From an uncultured delta proteobacterium (lineage in GTDB: Bacteria; Myxococcota_A; Polyangia; Polyangiales; JAFGIB01): a DNA stretch of 64,000 nt. The position numbers and the translations under genes were made by a program. Position 1 is the stretch's first letter. The number at the start of each line of letters is the position of its first letter. This document shows, in pieces, positions 9,652 through 19,968 of the stretch. The notes beneath the pieces were generated by a model. That model was not told where the DNA came from. It was given only the letters and a program-made list of their open reading frames with translations, and did not search any database. The stretch covers positions 64,001 through 128,000 of the forward strand of contig CAVZVA010000011.1 in NCBI GenBank assembly GCA_963778655.1, given 5' to 3'.

Positions 9652-11768
9652 CGTTGGTGACGCGCTTACCTGAACCGTTGGCCGCGTTGGCGGAGCTCGC
9701 GTATGACCTGCGCTGGGCGTGGCGGCCCGAATGCCGGCGGCTGTTCAGCTCGCTCGACGATCGCCTGTTCCAAGAGTGCGGGGAAAACCCAGTCGAGCTC
9801 TTGATCGAGGCCCCCCCTGAGGCCCTCGGGCGATTTGCCGAGGACGAGGCCTTTCTCGAGCGCATGCGACGCATCATGTCCGCCCGGGCAGCTGACCTGC
9901 AGCGCCCCTATGCCGCCGCGCTTCCGGCGTCGCCGCAGCATCCGATCGCCTTCTTTTGTGCGGAGTTCGGCCTCCATTCGTCCTTGCCGGTGTACGCGGG
10001 CGGACTCGGCGTCCTCGCCGGCGACTACCTCAAGGAGGCATCCGATCGCGCGCTCCCCGTGGTGGGGATAGGGCTGCTCTACCGCTGGGGCGCCTTTCAC
10101 CAGCGCCTCGACCCGGGCGGATGGCAACACGAGTACTGGACGCCAGTGCGCAGGACTCACCTGCCCATCGAACCCGCGCTCGCAGGGGACGGCTCACAGC
10201 TGCGGGTGTGCGTCCCAATCGCAGGTCGCGAGGTCGTTGCAGGCGTGTGGCGGGTGCAAGTGGGGCGAGTACCGCTGTTTCTACTCGACACCGATCAGCC
10301 CGACAACCATCCCATCGATCGCTACATCTCCGCTCAGCTGTACGTCGGCAGTCGCGAGCTACGGCTACGGCAGTATCTCGTGCTGGGCATAGGCGGCGTC
10401 CGCGCGCTGCGCGCATTGGGCATCGATCCGTCGATCATCCACCTGAACGAAGGCCATGCCGCTTTCGCCGCGCTCGAGCTGCTGCGCGAGGAGGTCGCGA
10501 GCGGGCGCTCGCCCGCCGACGCCTGGGCCGAGGTTCGCGAGCACGTGGTGTTCACCACTCATACGCCGGTCGCTGCCGGTAACGAGCGCTATTCGCAAGA
10601 CGAGCTGCGTCGAGCGTTCGGAGACTACGCGCGATCGATTGGCGTGTCATGGCAGGACGTGTTTGCGCTGGGGCGAAGCGGTGACGACGCGCCCGACGCG
10701 TTCGGGCTGACACCGCTCGCGTTGCGGGCCGCGCGCGCTGCCAACGGCGTCAGTCCTCGTCACGGCGAGGTCGCCCGTGGAATGTGGAGCGCCCTGCGCG
10801 CGGTCGGCGGCTCTTCGCCCATCGGTCACGTCAGCAATGGCGTGCACCTGCCGACCTGGATGTCGGAAGCGATGACCGATCTGCTGACCCGCTATCTCGG
10901 CGAGGGTTGGCAAGAGCGCGCCGCGGATCCGCGTACTTGGGAGGCCGTGCAAGACATTCCCGACGCAGAATTGTGGGCTGTGCGCTGTGCCCTGCGGCGC
11001 TCGCTCGTCGACTATGTACGCGCGCGGAGCGTGGAAGATCGTCTGTCGCGCGGCGAGAGCCTTGACTACGTAGAGGCGGCCGCAAAGGCCTTCGACCCGG
11101 AGCTGCTCACACTGGGATTCGCGCGCCGGGTCGCCTCATACAAGCGCCTGCACCTGCTCACGTCGGACATGTCCCGCGCAGTTGCGCTGTTGTCTTCCGA
11201 TCGGCCCATCCAAGTGCTGATCGCCGGCAAGGCGCACCCCCGCGATGACGAGGCCAAACGTATCATTCAGGTCGTGTTTGGCATGAAGTCTGCGTGGATG
11301 GTCGGCTCGCGCGTCGCGTTCCTGGAAGACTACGACATGGCTGCGGCAGCGCGTCTGGTGGCGGGCTGTGACGTATGGGTCCATACGCCCCGTCCTCCGC
11401 TCGAAGCGAGCGGCACGAGCGGCATGAAGGCGATGCTCAACGGCAGCCTGAACCTGGGGGTGCGGGATGGCTGGTGGCAAGAAGCCTGGGACGGAGACAA
11501 CGGGTGGGCGATCGAGAGCGATTCGACGCTGGACCCCCACGTGCAAGATGCACGCGACGGCGACAGGCTCTACAGCTTGCTCGAGCGTGAAGTTGTCCCG
11601 CTATTCCACGACCGAGACGCCGGCGGTGTGCCGTCCCGATGGGTGACCAAGATCAAAGCCTCGCTGCGCACCCTGGGTCCGCGCTTCAACGCCAGTCGCA
11701 TGCTCGAGGACTACCGCGTGCGCCAGTATGCCCACTCCGAGCACCCGCTACGCCCCCAAGGCCCATAA
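9648..11768 (+). CDS. glgP: Alpha-glucan (glycogen) phosphorylase
   Basis: YAGGLGVLAGD, HLNEGHAAF, FARRVASYKR and the EASGTSGMK PLP motif. Confidence 0.95.
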   Translation: MTLVTRLPEPLAALAELAYDLRWAWRPECRRLFSSLDDRLFQECGENPVELLIEAPPEALGRFAEDEAFLERMRRIMSARAADLQRPYAAALPASPQHPIAFFCAEFGLHSSLPVYAGGLGVLAGDYLKEASDRALPVVGIGLLYRWGAFHQRLDPGGWQHEYWTPVRRTHLPIEPALAGDGSQLRVCVPIAGREVVAGVWRVQVGRVPLFLLDTDQPDNHPIDRYISAQLYVGSRELRLRQYLVLGIGGVRALRALGIDPSIIHLNEGHAAFAALELLREEVASGRSPADAWAEVREHVVFTTHTPVAAGNERYSQDELRRAFGDYARSIGVSWQDVFALGRSGDDAPDAFGLTPLALRAARAANGVSPRHGEVARGMWSALRAVGGSSPIGHVSNGVHLPTWMSEAMTDLLTRYLGEGWQERAADPRTWEAVQDIPDAELWAVRCALRRSLVDYVRARSVEDRLSRGESLDYVEAAAKAFDPELLTLGFARRVASYKRLHLLTSDMSRAVALLSSDRPIQVLIAGKAHPRDDEAKRIIQVVFGMKSAWMVGSRVAFLEDYDMAAAARLVAGCDVWVHTPRPPLEASGTSGMKAMLNGSLNLGVRDGWWQEAWDGDNGWAIESDSTLDPHVQDARDGDRLYSLLEREVVPLFHDRDAGGVPSRWVTKIKASLRTLGPRFNASRMLEDYRVRQYAHSEHPLRPQGP

Positions 11769-11849
11769 GCCGTGCAGTCGCCCCAATTGACGAAACGATC
11801 CGAAACCGCGATCGTGCGGGTTGTGATTCGCTTGACCAAGGAGAGGCGT

Positions 11850-12455
11850 ATGAGCTTGCGACGTATCGAGGTTCTCTTGTCCTTTGCCTGTGCATTGCTT
11901 CCAGCAGCTCTGACGATCGGCTGCGGGGGAGGAGGGAGCAGCAGCAGCGACAATCCGGTCGCGCTGTGCATGCAGGGGTGCGATAAGACGGTCTCGCTAT
12001 GCTATGCGGACGGGGGCACGTCGGCCTCCAGCATCAAGAACCAGTGTGCGAGCAGCTGCTCGAGCACCGGCGGCAGCACGAGCCAGCAAACGTGTTCCAA
12101 CTCGAACGCCATCATCTCGGCCTACAAGGGCTGCTTGGCAAAGACGACCTGCAACGATCTCATGAGCTGTGTGACCATGATCCCTCCATGCGAGGGCGGC
12201 GCGACAGGTGGCTCGTCGGGCACCACGGGCGGCACGGCGGGACAGTCCTCCGGCAGCGGAGGCACGGCCGGCCAGACCTCCGGCACCGGGGGCACGAGCG
12301 GCGGAGGCACTTGCGCAGATCTGCTCGCCTGCTGCAACCAGGCAGCCGCCAACCTGAAGAGCGCCTGCATGATGACCTACTCCGCGGCCATGCCGAGTGG
12401 AGACACGGCCTGCGGCTTGGTGCTTTCCGGCGCCAAGTCGGCCTTCTGTCCCTGA
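11850..12455 (+). CDS. Cys-rich putative lipoprotein with Gly/Ser/Thr linker
   Basis: AAGGAG RBS; hydrophobic signal ending LTIGC; paired Cys domains. Confidence 0.7.
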   Translation: MSLRRIEVLLSFACALLPAALTIGCGGGGSSSSDNPVALCMQGCDKTVSLCYADGGTSASSIKNQCASSCSSTGGSTSQQTCSNSNAIISAYKGCLAKTTCNDLMSCVTMIPPCEGGATGGSSGTTGGTAGQSSGSGGTAGQTSGTGGTSGGGTCADLLACCNQAAANLKSACMMTYSAAMPSGDTACGLVLSGAKSAFCP

Positions 12456-12611
12456 GCGCACACCCGGGCTCGAGACGGCCTGCACGGAGCCAGAACCCGG
12501 CCGGGACGGTCCCTCCTCTGTCGAGGTCCGTCCCCGCCGCGCCTTCTTCCTCCCCGCTGCTCCCCGCTGCGCCTTCTTGAGCTCCCGCGTTCACCGCGCG
12601 GGAAGCGGTGG

Positions 12612-13322
12612 TTACTGCACCAGCTCTTCGGAGATCACGTCCATCTGGATGAACTGGCCGTTGAACGGCTTGGGGTAGGGAGAGATGTCCGCAACCACGA
12701 TCGGCATGCCGTTCTCGTCCTGATTCAGGATCAACGCCCCATCTTGCGCGTCGGCTGCCAGTGTCACCGTGGAGCCGCCTTCGAGCAGGATGGTCTCCTC
12801 GTAGTCGATGGCGAAGCAGTTGTGAACGCCTGCTTTACCGGCGTTCAGATAGTAGATCGCCTTGGGCGCGGAGGTCTCGAAGCTGTAGATGTTGTAGTTC
12901 CCGTCGTTCGGCGCACCGCCCTGGTACCAAGAGCCGTCCTGCTCGCCGCCGGCATAGCTCTCCTGTTCGACCACACCACGGAATCGAAAGGTGACGCGAT
13001 GCGTCTCGCCCTTGTGGCCTTCCAGCTGCGCTGTGGACGAGAATAGCTCATTGGTAGGCTCGCACTTGTAGTCGGCGATGGCGGTCGACGCGCAGGGCAT
13101 CTCCCAGCGCAGCCCGTCGAGCACAGAGGCGATCTTCACCACCGGGATGTCCTGCTGTCCCTGCCCTGCGTCCTCGCTCGAGGGTGCCGGAGGCTGATAG
13201 AAGGGCGCTTTGTTCTGTTGCTTGCAAGCGGACGCAACCACCAGAAATGCCGCGAGGGGGCTGCACAAGACTCCGCGCGCGCGTGCGCTGTCGCAATCGA
13301 GAAGCCTCCTTTTCCGAGTCAT
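12612..13322 (-). CDS. Hypothetical lipoprotein
   Basis: Lipobox-like VASAC followed by a globular aromatic-rich domain. Confidence 0.7.
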   Translation of the reverse strand: MTRKRRLLDCDSARARGVLCSPLAAFLVVASACKQQNKAPFYQPPAPSSEDAGQGQQDIPVVKIASVLDGLRWEMPCASTAIADYKCEPTNELFSSTAQLEGHKGETHRVTFRFRGVVEQESYAGGEQDGSWYQGGAPNDGNYNIYSFETSAPKAIYYLNAGKAGVHNCFAIDYEETILLEGGSTVTLAADAQDGALILNQDENGMPIVVADISPYPKPFNGQFIQMDVISEELVQ

Positions 13323-13854
13323 CGACTACCGATCCTAGCGCAAGCCAGGTGGCGGGTACAGGCCCTCTGGCGGCCTGCCGGGGCGGTGTTCCCCGGACAG
13401 CCGAGCCGACCTCCGGCGTGGGCGAGAAGTAGCCATGGGCCGACTGCACGCTGGCCATCCAATCGAAGCCTTGGCCCGCGGTGTCGCGGATCGACAAGAG
13501 CGGGGCGCTCGTGCGAGCCGCACACGCGACCTGGATCGTGCCTGCATCGAGCGGCTCGATCACGGGCTGCGGCGGACCGCCTTGATTGAAGATACAGGCC
13601 GACGCCACCAGCGTGTCCACGGTCGCGGCGTCCCCGGTTCCGAACGGGACCGGCCGCCCAAAGCGCGACCGTTCTCGAATGCAGCAGACCGGCGGCGCAT
13701 CCGCGTGCGCTACGGCGTCAGCGTACCCGGCGCGCGGTCGTCTCGGATCCATGGCGGCGAACGATTCGCTCGTCGCGTACTTTGGGCACCCGACCGCGCG
13801 CGAACGCGCCCGCCCCACGAGCCGCAACTGAGCATGCTATCCGTGCTCGGGTCC

Positions 13855-14595
13855 TCAGCTCGACGTGCCGAACGCGAGCACACTCTGGCCAGTGAGCTGC
13901 GTGACGGAGGTGACCAGATGGAAGTTCATGTTCATCACCTGGCTCGTGGCGTCCGCGCCGTTCGAGTCCTGCGTCACCGACAGCAGCTCGAGCGGTGCGC
14001 CCTGCAGCTCGAGCGACGTGCGGTCACCACCCGCGGCGACGTTTCCGTCATAGGTCCGCAACGCCGCCACGAGTTGCTCGTACACGTCGCAGCTCCCAGG
14101 GACGAAGTCGTAGGACACGATGTGCTTCTTGGCTTCCATCCCGCCGGGCGAGCTGCACAGGTAGAAGTCGGGATAGCTCATCGCCAGCATCTGCGCGTCG
14201 TGCTTGTCGAGGCCGAAGATGTAGAAGGTGCTCGGCGTGTCGTCCTGCAAGACGGGCGCGCCGCCAAAGAGCATGACGGTCTTCGTGTACGGCGTGCCGA
14301 CGCTGAAGCGTGCGGTGAAGTCCTTCATGTGCTCCACCAGCACGTCGCCGTCCATTTCGACGGTATTGCAGTCGGGCATGGGGCCCGCGCCGGCTTTGCC
14401 GCCCGCCTGCGCGGTGCCCGCGTCGGACCTCGCACTGACCTGGAGAAACTGTTCGTGCTGGCTCGAACAGGCGGCGCAGAGCACCGCCGACAGCACGCAC
14501 GCGATCCAGAGCCGGCGCTGGACGGACGCGACAGGGCGGTCCACGCCTCGTCGGTACCTCATCTGGTCAATTATACCGAGCGCCCTGCCCGGCAT
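13855..14595 (-). CDS. Hypothetical lipoprotein
   Basis: LCAACSS lipobox; protein-like composition. Start uncertain. Confidence 0.65.
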   Translation of the reverse strand: MPGRALGIIDQMRYRRGVDRPVASVQRRLWIACVLSAVLCAACSSQHEQFLQVSARSDAGTAQAGGKAGAGPMPDCNTVEMDGDVLVEHMKDFTARFSVGTPYTKTVMLFGGAPVLQDDTPSTFYIFGLDKHDAQMLAMSYPDFYLCSSPGGMEAKKHIVSYDFVPGSCDVYEQLVAALRTYDGNVAAGGDRTSLELQGAPLELLSVTQDSNGADATSQVMNMNFHLVTSVTQLTGQSVLAFGTSS

Positions 14596-14900
14596 CCATG
14601 TGTGTCTCGGCGCCAGGCTCGCGGAGGCGACCGAAGCGCTTCCCCACCGGGATCACATCGGCGTGCGAAACCTGCCTCGGACGACCGGGTGTGCGCGATG
14701 CGCGCGCGACGAAATCCTGGAGCCCGGCGTGCCCGGGCGCGTCCCATGGTCCTCGCTGTCGAGCTGCTCGCGCGGCGCGCGGAAGCGATGGCTAGGCGGC
14801 TGCTCGCTCGAGCGGGCTTTGTGGCGATCGAGAAGCTCGGCCTACTTTTCATGACGGATCCTTCCCCTGGCCGGCACTGCGATCGATAGTCGGCTCCACG

Positions 14901-16403
14901 ATGGATTCCGCGACCAACGGACAACCACCCACGCCAGCGACCGGTGGGGCCGCGACAGGCGGTTCTGCATCCTCCCAAGGCGACAACTCCGGCGGCGCCG
15001 CGCTGGGATCCGGAGGTCGCCTCGGCTGGGACGGGCTGCATCGGGCCGGACGGAGCGGCGGGCAGCGGTGGTTCCAACAGGCGCCGAAGCCTGCCTCACG
15101 CTGGGCGATCTGCCTGGCCATCAGCACCTGCTTCGCGTGCTCGAACGGGAGCGCAGGACCCCGACAGCAGGACCCTACCGAACCGTCGGCCGGCCTCACG
15201 GGCGCGATCGGGGGCACCGGCGGCATGCCGCTCGGCCCTCCTGGCGCGGGCACCGGCGGCTCGGGCGCTGCGGGAGGCAGCGCGACGGCCGGGAACGGCG
15301 CGGGGGCAGGCGGGTCGGGCGGTTCCGGCATGGGAGGCGCGTCCGGGATGAGTGCCGTGGGCGCGGGCGGCGCTGCGGCTGCTGGCGCGGGCGGCGTCGC
15401 GGCTGCTGGCGCGGGCGGCGTCGCGGCTGCTGGCGCGGGCGGCAGCAACGCCATGGATGCTGGCTCGGACGGGAGCATGGGATCGGCCGGAAGCGGCGGC
15501 GCCGACGCTGGAACGACCTGCCCCTTGCCCACGACGTTCAAGTGGGCCTCGGGACCACCGCTTGCCCAGCCGAAGAACGGATGGGTCTCGCTCAAGGACT
15601 TCAGCCACGTCTTCTACAACAACAAGCACATCATCTACATGACGACCCACGATCAAGCGAATTGGGGCTCGGCCATGTTTACGTTCAGTGACTGGCCCGA
15701 CGCCGCTTCGGCCACGCAGACCAAAACGTCGTTCGGTGTCGCGCCGACACTCTTCTACTTCACGCCGAAGAACACTTGGGTGCTCGCCTACCAGTGGGGT
15801 AGTTTCAAATTCAGTTACAGGACCTCGTCCGATCCCTCCGATCCCAACAGCTGGGGGCCCGAGCACAGCCTGTACAACACGGGGCTGCCCTCCGGCGGCA
15901 CTGGGCCGATCGACCAGACTGTGATCTGCAACAGCACGAAGTGCTATCTCTACTACGCAGGGGACAACGGACATATCTACAAATCGTCGCTGCCGATCGA
16001 GAGCTTCCCGGGCGAGTTTCCAGGCGCGCAGGACAGTGGGATCCAGGGGACGAGCCAAAATTTGTTCGAGGCAGTCCAGGTCTACTCGATCAAGGGCTCG
16101 GATGAATATCTGATGATCGTAGAGGCGCAGGGTTCCGCGAGATACTTTCGGGCGTGGACCGCGACCGATCTGGAGGGTCCTTGGACACTGCTGACCGATA
16201 CCTTTGCCGCCAAGAGCAACGTAACCTTCAGTACCTCTTGGACGAATGACATCAGTCACGGGGACTTGGTCCGCATCAATCCCGACGAAACCTTCACCGT
16301 CGACCCGTGCAACCTGCAGATGGTCTTCCAGGGGCGTGACCCCAACGCCAACGTGTCCTACGGCCTGCTCCCGTATCGCCCGGGGCTGCTCACCCTGCAG
16401 TAG
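14901..16403 (+). CDS. GH62 alpha-L-arabinofuranosidase, probably lipoprotein-anchored through a Gly/Ala linker
   Basis: WVSLKDFS, VAPTLFYF.PKNTWVLAYQWG, GDNGHIY, NLFEAVQVY, WTNDISHGDL and DPCNLQ are GH62 hallmarks. Start uncertain. Confidence 0.92.
   Translation: MDSATNGQPPTPATGGAATGGSASSQGDNSGGAALGSGGRLGWDGLHRAGRSGGQRWFQQAPKPASRWAICLAISTCFACSNGSAGPRQQDPTEPSAGLTGAIGGTGGMPLGPPGAGTGGSGAAGGSATAGNGAGAGGSGGSGMGGASGMSAVGAGGAAAAGAGGVAAAGAGGVAAAGAGGSNAMDAGSDGSMGSAGSGGADAGTTCPLPTTFKWASGPPLAQPKNGWVSLKDFSHVFYNNKHIIYMTTHDQANWGSAMFTFSDWPDAASATQTKTSFGVAPTLFYFTPKNTWVLAYQWGSFKFSYRTSSDPSDPNSWGPEHSLYNTGLPSGGTGPIDQTVICNSTKCYLYYAGDNGHIYKSSLPIESFPGEFPGAQDSGIQGTSQNLFEAVQVYSIKGSDEYLMIVEAQGSARYFRAWTATDLEGPWTLLTDTFAAKSNVTFSTSWTNDISHGDLVRINPDETFTVDPCNLQMVFQGRDPNANVSYGLLPYRPGLLTLQ
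15361..15443 (+). repeat. 24-bp tandem repeat (~3.5 copies) encoding the AGGVAAAG linker
   Basis: gcgcgggcggcgtcgcggctgctg repeated in frame. Confidence 0.85.
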
Positions 16404-16413
16404 GGGAAAGTGG

Positions 16414-17025
16414 TCAGTCGCACTTGCCGCCGAGCAGGCCGGCCTTCAGGTCGGTGTCGGGTGGGTGGGCGCCGAGCCAGACGCGAAACAGGGCCGAGGC
16501 GAAGGCGTCGCTGGCGATGCGTCCGACGGGCTTTGCGCCCCCGAGCACCGACAGGCCCTGGCCCGGCACGTGGCGAAAGGTGAGCTCGTTGCCCTCCCGC
16601 AGAGGAGGCAGCATTCGCTCGAGGCGCTTCATCTCCTTGCGCGGCATCGAGGCTCCCGAAGGCGCGTTTGCGCGCAGACCGTCCTCGAGCGCCTCGAGCA
16701 TGTCGTCGCGCGAGACGTCGCGCACGAAGTGCAGAGTCAGGCTGCGGACCTGATCGCCTCGCATCAGCACCGAAGGGTCGTGCGACGGGCGCTCCACGTA
16801 GAGCGCGGCGACGTAAACGTGCACGTTGAAAAGGGTCGCCCGCCGGATCCCCATCCCGTTGCGAACCAGCGCCTTGCCCTCAACCCGAACGTGGGAGGGA
16901 AAGCGCACGCCCCCGCAGGTGCCGTCCGCCGCCAGCACCGACACCGGAGCCACAAACAGCACGGCCGCCTCTAGGGCTGCCCAGGCTGCGATCCCGCGGG
17001 GCATGAAGGGCGAAACGGATCGCAC
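16414..17025 (-). CDS. Chalcone isomerase-like (Chalcone_3) secreted protein
   Basis: LVRNGMGIRRATLFNVHVYVAALY...FASALFRVWLG..P.D.DLKAGLLG. Confidence 0.85.
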   Translation of the reverse strand: MRSVSPFMPRGIAAWAALEAAVLFVAPVSVLAADGTCGGVRFPSHVRVEGKALVRNGMGIRRATLFNVHVYVAALYVERPSHDPSVLMRGDQVRSLTLHFVRDVSRDDMLEALEDGLRANAPSGASMPRKEMKRLERMLPPLREGNELTFRHVPGQGLSVLGGAKPVGRIASDAFASALFRVWLGAHPPDTDLKAGLLGGKCD

Positions 17026-17166
17026 GGTTCCAGTGGCTCACATACGCACGCCGGGCGCCGCTGCCAGTCGCTCACACGCACGGGTCCATTCGCTCAGCAA
17101 CCCGGTCGAGCACGGCCAGGTCGCTCGCTCATCGACCCGGGACAGGGATCTGCGCTAAGCAAGCGT

Positions 17167-17216
17167 CTAAATGACCGATCACGATTCGGGACCGGCCATG
17201 CCGATCGGCCATTTAG
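17167..17216. repeat. 50-bp palindromic element, copy 1
   Basis: ctaaatgaccgatc...gatcggccatttag; near-identical inverted copy at 25968-26017. Confidence 0.85.
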
Positions 17217-17548
17217 CGCGTGAGCGTCACGGCGCAGGTACCAGGCGTGCAGGTCAGCGATATCGAGGCCGCCGCGGCGGTCCCGTTGCAGCTCTGGGGC
17301 CCACTGAGGGTCACTTTCGAGTCCGGCGTCACGCGGCCCGTGAAGGCGTCGAACGGCGGGGCGAACGCGAGCGAGCAGGCCGCCTGCGTGACGTGAGCGC
17401 TCATCCCCACGAGCGAGGCGTCGCAGTGCTTGGTGACCGACCAGCTGCCCGAAAGATCAGGGCAGGTCGCGCCATCGCTGGTGCTGGATGAGCTCGAAGC
17501 GCACGCACACAGCAGGAGCAGCACGCTCATTCCGCCTCGGTTCAGCAT
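17213..17548 (-). CDS. Small Cys-containing lipoprotein
   Basis: LLLCAC lipobox. Its TAA stop lies inside the 50-bp palindrome. Confidence 0.65.
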   Translation of the reverse strand: MLNRGGMSVLLLLCACASSSSSTSDGATCPDLSGSWSVTKHCDASLVGMSAHVTQAACSLAFAPPFDAFTGRVTPDSKVTLSGPQSCNGTAAAASISLTCTPGTCAVTLTR

Positions 17549-18056
17549 GCGAGCAGTCTATCTTTCTGCCAACCCAAGCACCAGCGCTTCGAGTCGAGCA
17601 GCGCTTCTTCGCCCCTCAACCCGGAACGGGGACTCTGCCCCCACACCCTCGCTCACGCCCGCACCGCGTGCTGCTTCGACCCTCAACCGGAGCGAGGCCC
17701 CTTCGTCGACGCGCGCGTTGCATCTCTCCTCCTCCCACTCCGCGCTCCTGGGCGCGCTCAGTGAGGCAGACCGGGGAGATTCATCTGCACCTCGCAAGAC
17801 CCCGCCGAGGTACCGAGGTAGGTGATCAAGAGCGTCTTGTGATCGCTCGATCGCCAGCAAGACCAATGCCGCGAGACCACGCACGGACGCACCGTCTCAC
17901 GAGCGCACGCCACGTACGAGCGAGGCTTGCGCCAACCCTTTTGCGTGACCCGAATCGGGCGGCGGGCGCCCACTGCAGTGGGAACGCAACGCTGCAGCGG
18001 GCCCAGCGAATCGCGCTCTGAGCTGCAGCTGCGACCTCAGGTCAGAGGGATTCCGC

Positions 18057-19754
18057 ATGTACTTCCGTTTGCGTAGAGCTTGCTTGAGCGTCGCTTGGCT
18101 GCTGTCGGTTGCAGCGTGTCAGAGCTCGCCTCCGAGCGCGATGAACCAGAACGGCTTCGGCGCGCCAGGCGCGTCCGGCGCATCCCCGACGCAGGTCGGC
18201 AGCATCGGAACCGGCGGTAACCCGGCGAGCAACTTCGGAGGCGGTGTTGGCGGCACGGGAGCGGCAAGCCCGCCGTCCGGCGCTGGGGCGCCCAACACGG
18301 GGTCCGGCAGCGGCGGTCCGGGCGCGGTCGGTGCGGGCGGCATGTCCGGCACAGCCGCCGGCGGTATGGGCAATCCGCTCGACGTCGGCAACTACTTCCA
18401 ATCCGGCGCGTGGCAAGGCTACGTGTGGACCTCGGCCAACGGCGCGGGCTCGACCATCTCGCCGATGGATTTCGGCAGCCAGAGCACCGGCATGCCGCGT
18501 TGCGTTCGAGGCACGGTCGCGGCGACCGCGGACTACAGCGGTACGGCGATTCTCGGCTTCAATCTCAGCGAGGGCAACGGCGCCACCATGGCGACGGTGA
18601 CGCCGGTGAAGAACGGGGTGATGATCGACGTGACCAACAACGCCGGTTCGCCGCTCCGCTTTCAGGTGAAATCGGCGGCCACGGGCGGCACGGAGTGGTG
18701 CACGGACCTGACGGGATCCGGCGGGTTCGTCCCGTGGACCAGCCTGCGCACCAGCTGCTGGGACAACAGCGGCACGGCGTACAACCGCGAGCCGATCGCA
18801 GCGGCGATGGTGCTGGTGCCCGGCAGCAATACGGCGGCGGTGCCGTTCGATTTCTGCGTCAACAGCCTGGTCGAGGCGGACGCGCCCGCCGGCGGCAGCG
18901 GCGGCACGGCAGGCGCAGCGGGGATGGGCGGTACCAGCGGCGGCACGGGCGGTAGCGCAAGCGCAGGCACCGGCGGCAGCACGGGCTCGGGCGGGCCCAC
19001 GGTGCCCCCGCTGCAAAACGGTTGCCCGGGCTACGCCACGCGCTACTGGGACTGCTGCAAGCCCCATTGCGGCTGGTCCGCCAACGCCCCGTCTGGGCCG
19101 CTCACGGCATGCGATCAGTCTGACAACAGCTTGGGCGGCAACTACGACGCGGCCAACGCATGCACGGGGGGCGCCGCGTTCATGTGCCATAGCAATGCGC
19201 CGTGGGCCGTCAGCGATCGGCTGGCGTACGGGTTTGCCGCGGTCGCGGCCAGCAGCGGCAGCGACATCTGCGGCAAGTGTTATCAGCTCGACTTCACGGG
19301 CTCCTCCCAGAACCAATCCGACCCGGGCTCGGCGGCGCTGGCCGGCAAGACGATGATCGTCCAAGCCGTCAACATCGGCGGCGACGTCGGCGGCGGCCAG
19401 TTCGACCTCGCCATTCCCGGCGGCGGAGTCGGCGCGTTCAACGCGTGCTCCACGCAGTGGGGTGCGCTGCCGTCCGCGCTCGGCGCGCAGTACGGCGGCT
19501 TCTTGGCCGACTGCAAGCAGCAGGTCAGCGCCACGGACCTACAGGCCATCAAGACCTGCGTGATGCAGAAGTGCTCGAGCGTCTTCGACCAGAAGGGCCT
19601 CACGGAGCTCGCCGACGGCTGTCATTGGTTCGTCGACTGGTTCCAGGCCGCCGACAACCCGACTCTGAAGTACGCAGAGGTCGCGTGTCCGAGCGAGCTC
19701 ATGGATCGCGGGATGCGCCGCGGCGGTGGCGGGGGTGGAGCGTGCCTGCCCTGA
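18057..19754 (+). CDS. GH45 endoglucanase lipoprotein with an N-terminal accessory domain
   Basis: ATRYWDCCKPHCGW, CGKCYQL.FT, QFDLAIPGGGVGAFNAC, GC.WF.DWF..ADNP and EV.CP.EL motifs; SVAAC lipobox. Confidence 0.92.
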   Translation: MYFRLRRACLSVAWLLSVAACQSSPPSAMNQNGFGAPGASGASPTQVGSIGTGGNPASNFGGGVGGTGAASPPSGAGAPNTGSGSGGPGAVGAGGMSGTAAGGMGNPLDVGNYFQSGAWQGYVWTSANGAGSTISPMDFGSQSTGMPRCVRGTVAATADYSGTAILGFNLSEGNGATMATVTPVKNGVMIDVTNNAGSPLRFQVKSAATGGTEWCTDLTGSGGFVPWTSLRTSCWDNSGTAYNREPIAAAMVLVPGSNTAAVPFDFCVNSLVEADAPAGGSGGTAGAAGMGGTSGGTGGSASAGTGGSTGSGGPTVPPLQNGCPGYATRYWDCCKPHCGWSANAPSGPLTACDQSDNSLGGNYDAANACTGGAAFMCHSNAPWAVSDRLAYGFAAVAASSGSDICGKCYQLDFTGSSQNQSDPGSAALAGKTMIVQAVNIGGDVGGGQFDLAIPGGGVGAFNACSTQWGALPSALGAQYGGFLADCKQQVSATDLQAIKTCVMQKCSSVFDQKGLTELADGCHWFVDWFQAADNPTLKYAEVACPSELMDRGMRRGGGGGGACLP

Positions 19755-19968
19755 AGGCGTCCCCCGCGGTCACACGTCCCAACGCCGGTCTGTGCGGCGC
19801 ACGTGACCCAGGCTCCTCTCTTCCGAAGAGAACCTCTGGCGGTGGATCGAAGCCGCGCGTCGCAACCGCGAGGATCATCTGCCAGCAGCAGGCAGATGCT
19901 GGCAGCTGACCGGGCAGCCACGTGTTCCTTTCCCAGTGAGCGCCGGCGAGTTGCCGCGCGCGCACGCC

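Noticed and set aside
13048..13889. Overlapping ORFs between the two lipoprotein genes
   Set aside because: Arg/Pro-rich translations without motifs or RBS; cannot be supported as genes.
17167..17216. Integron attC site
   Set aside because: Lacks RYYYAAC/GTTRRRY ends, and no IntI-type integrase is present.
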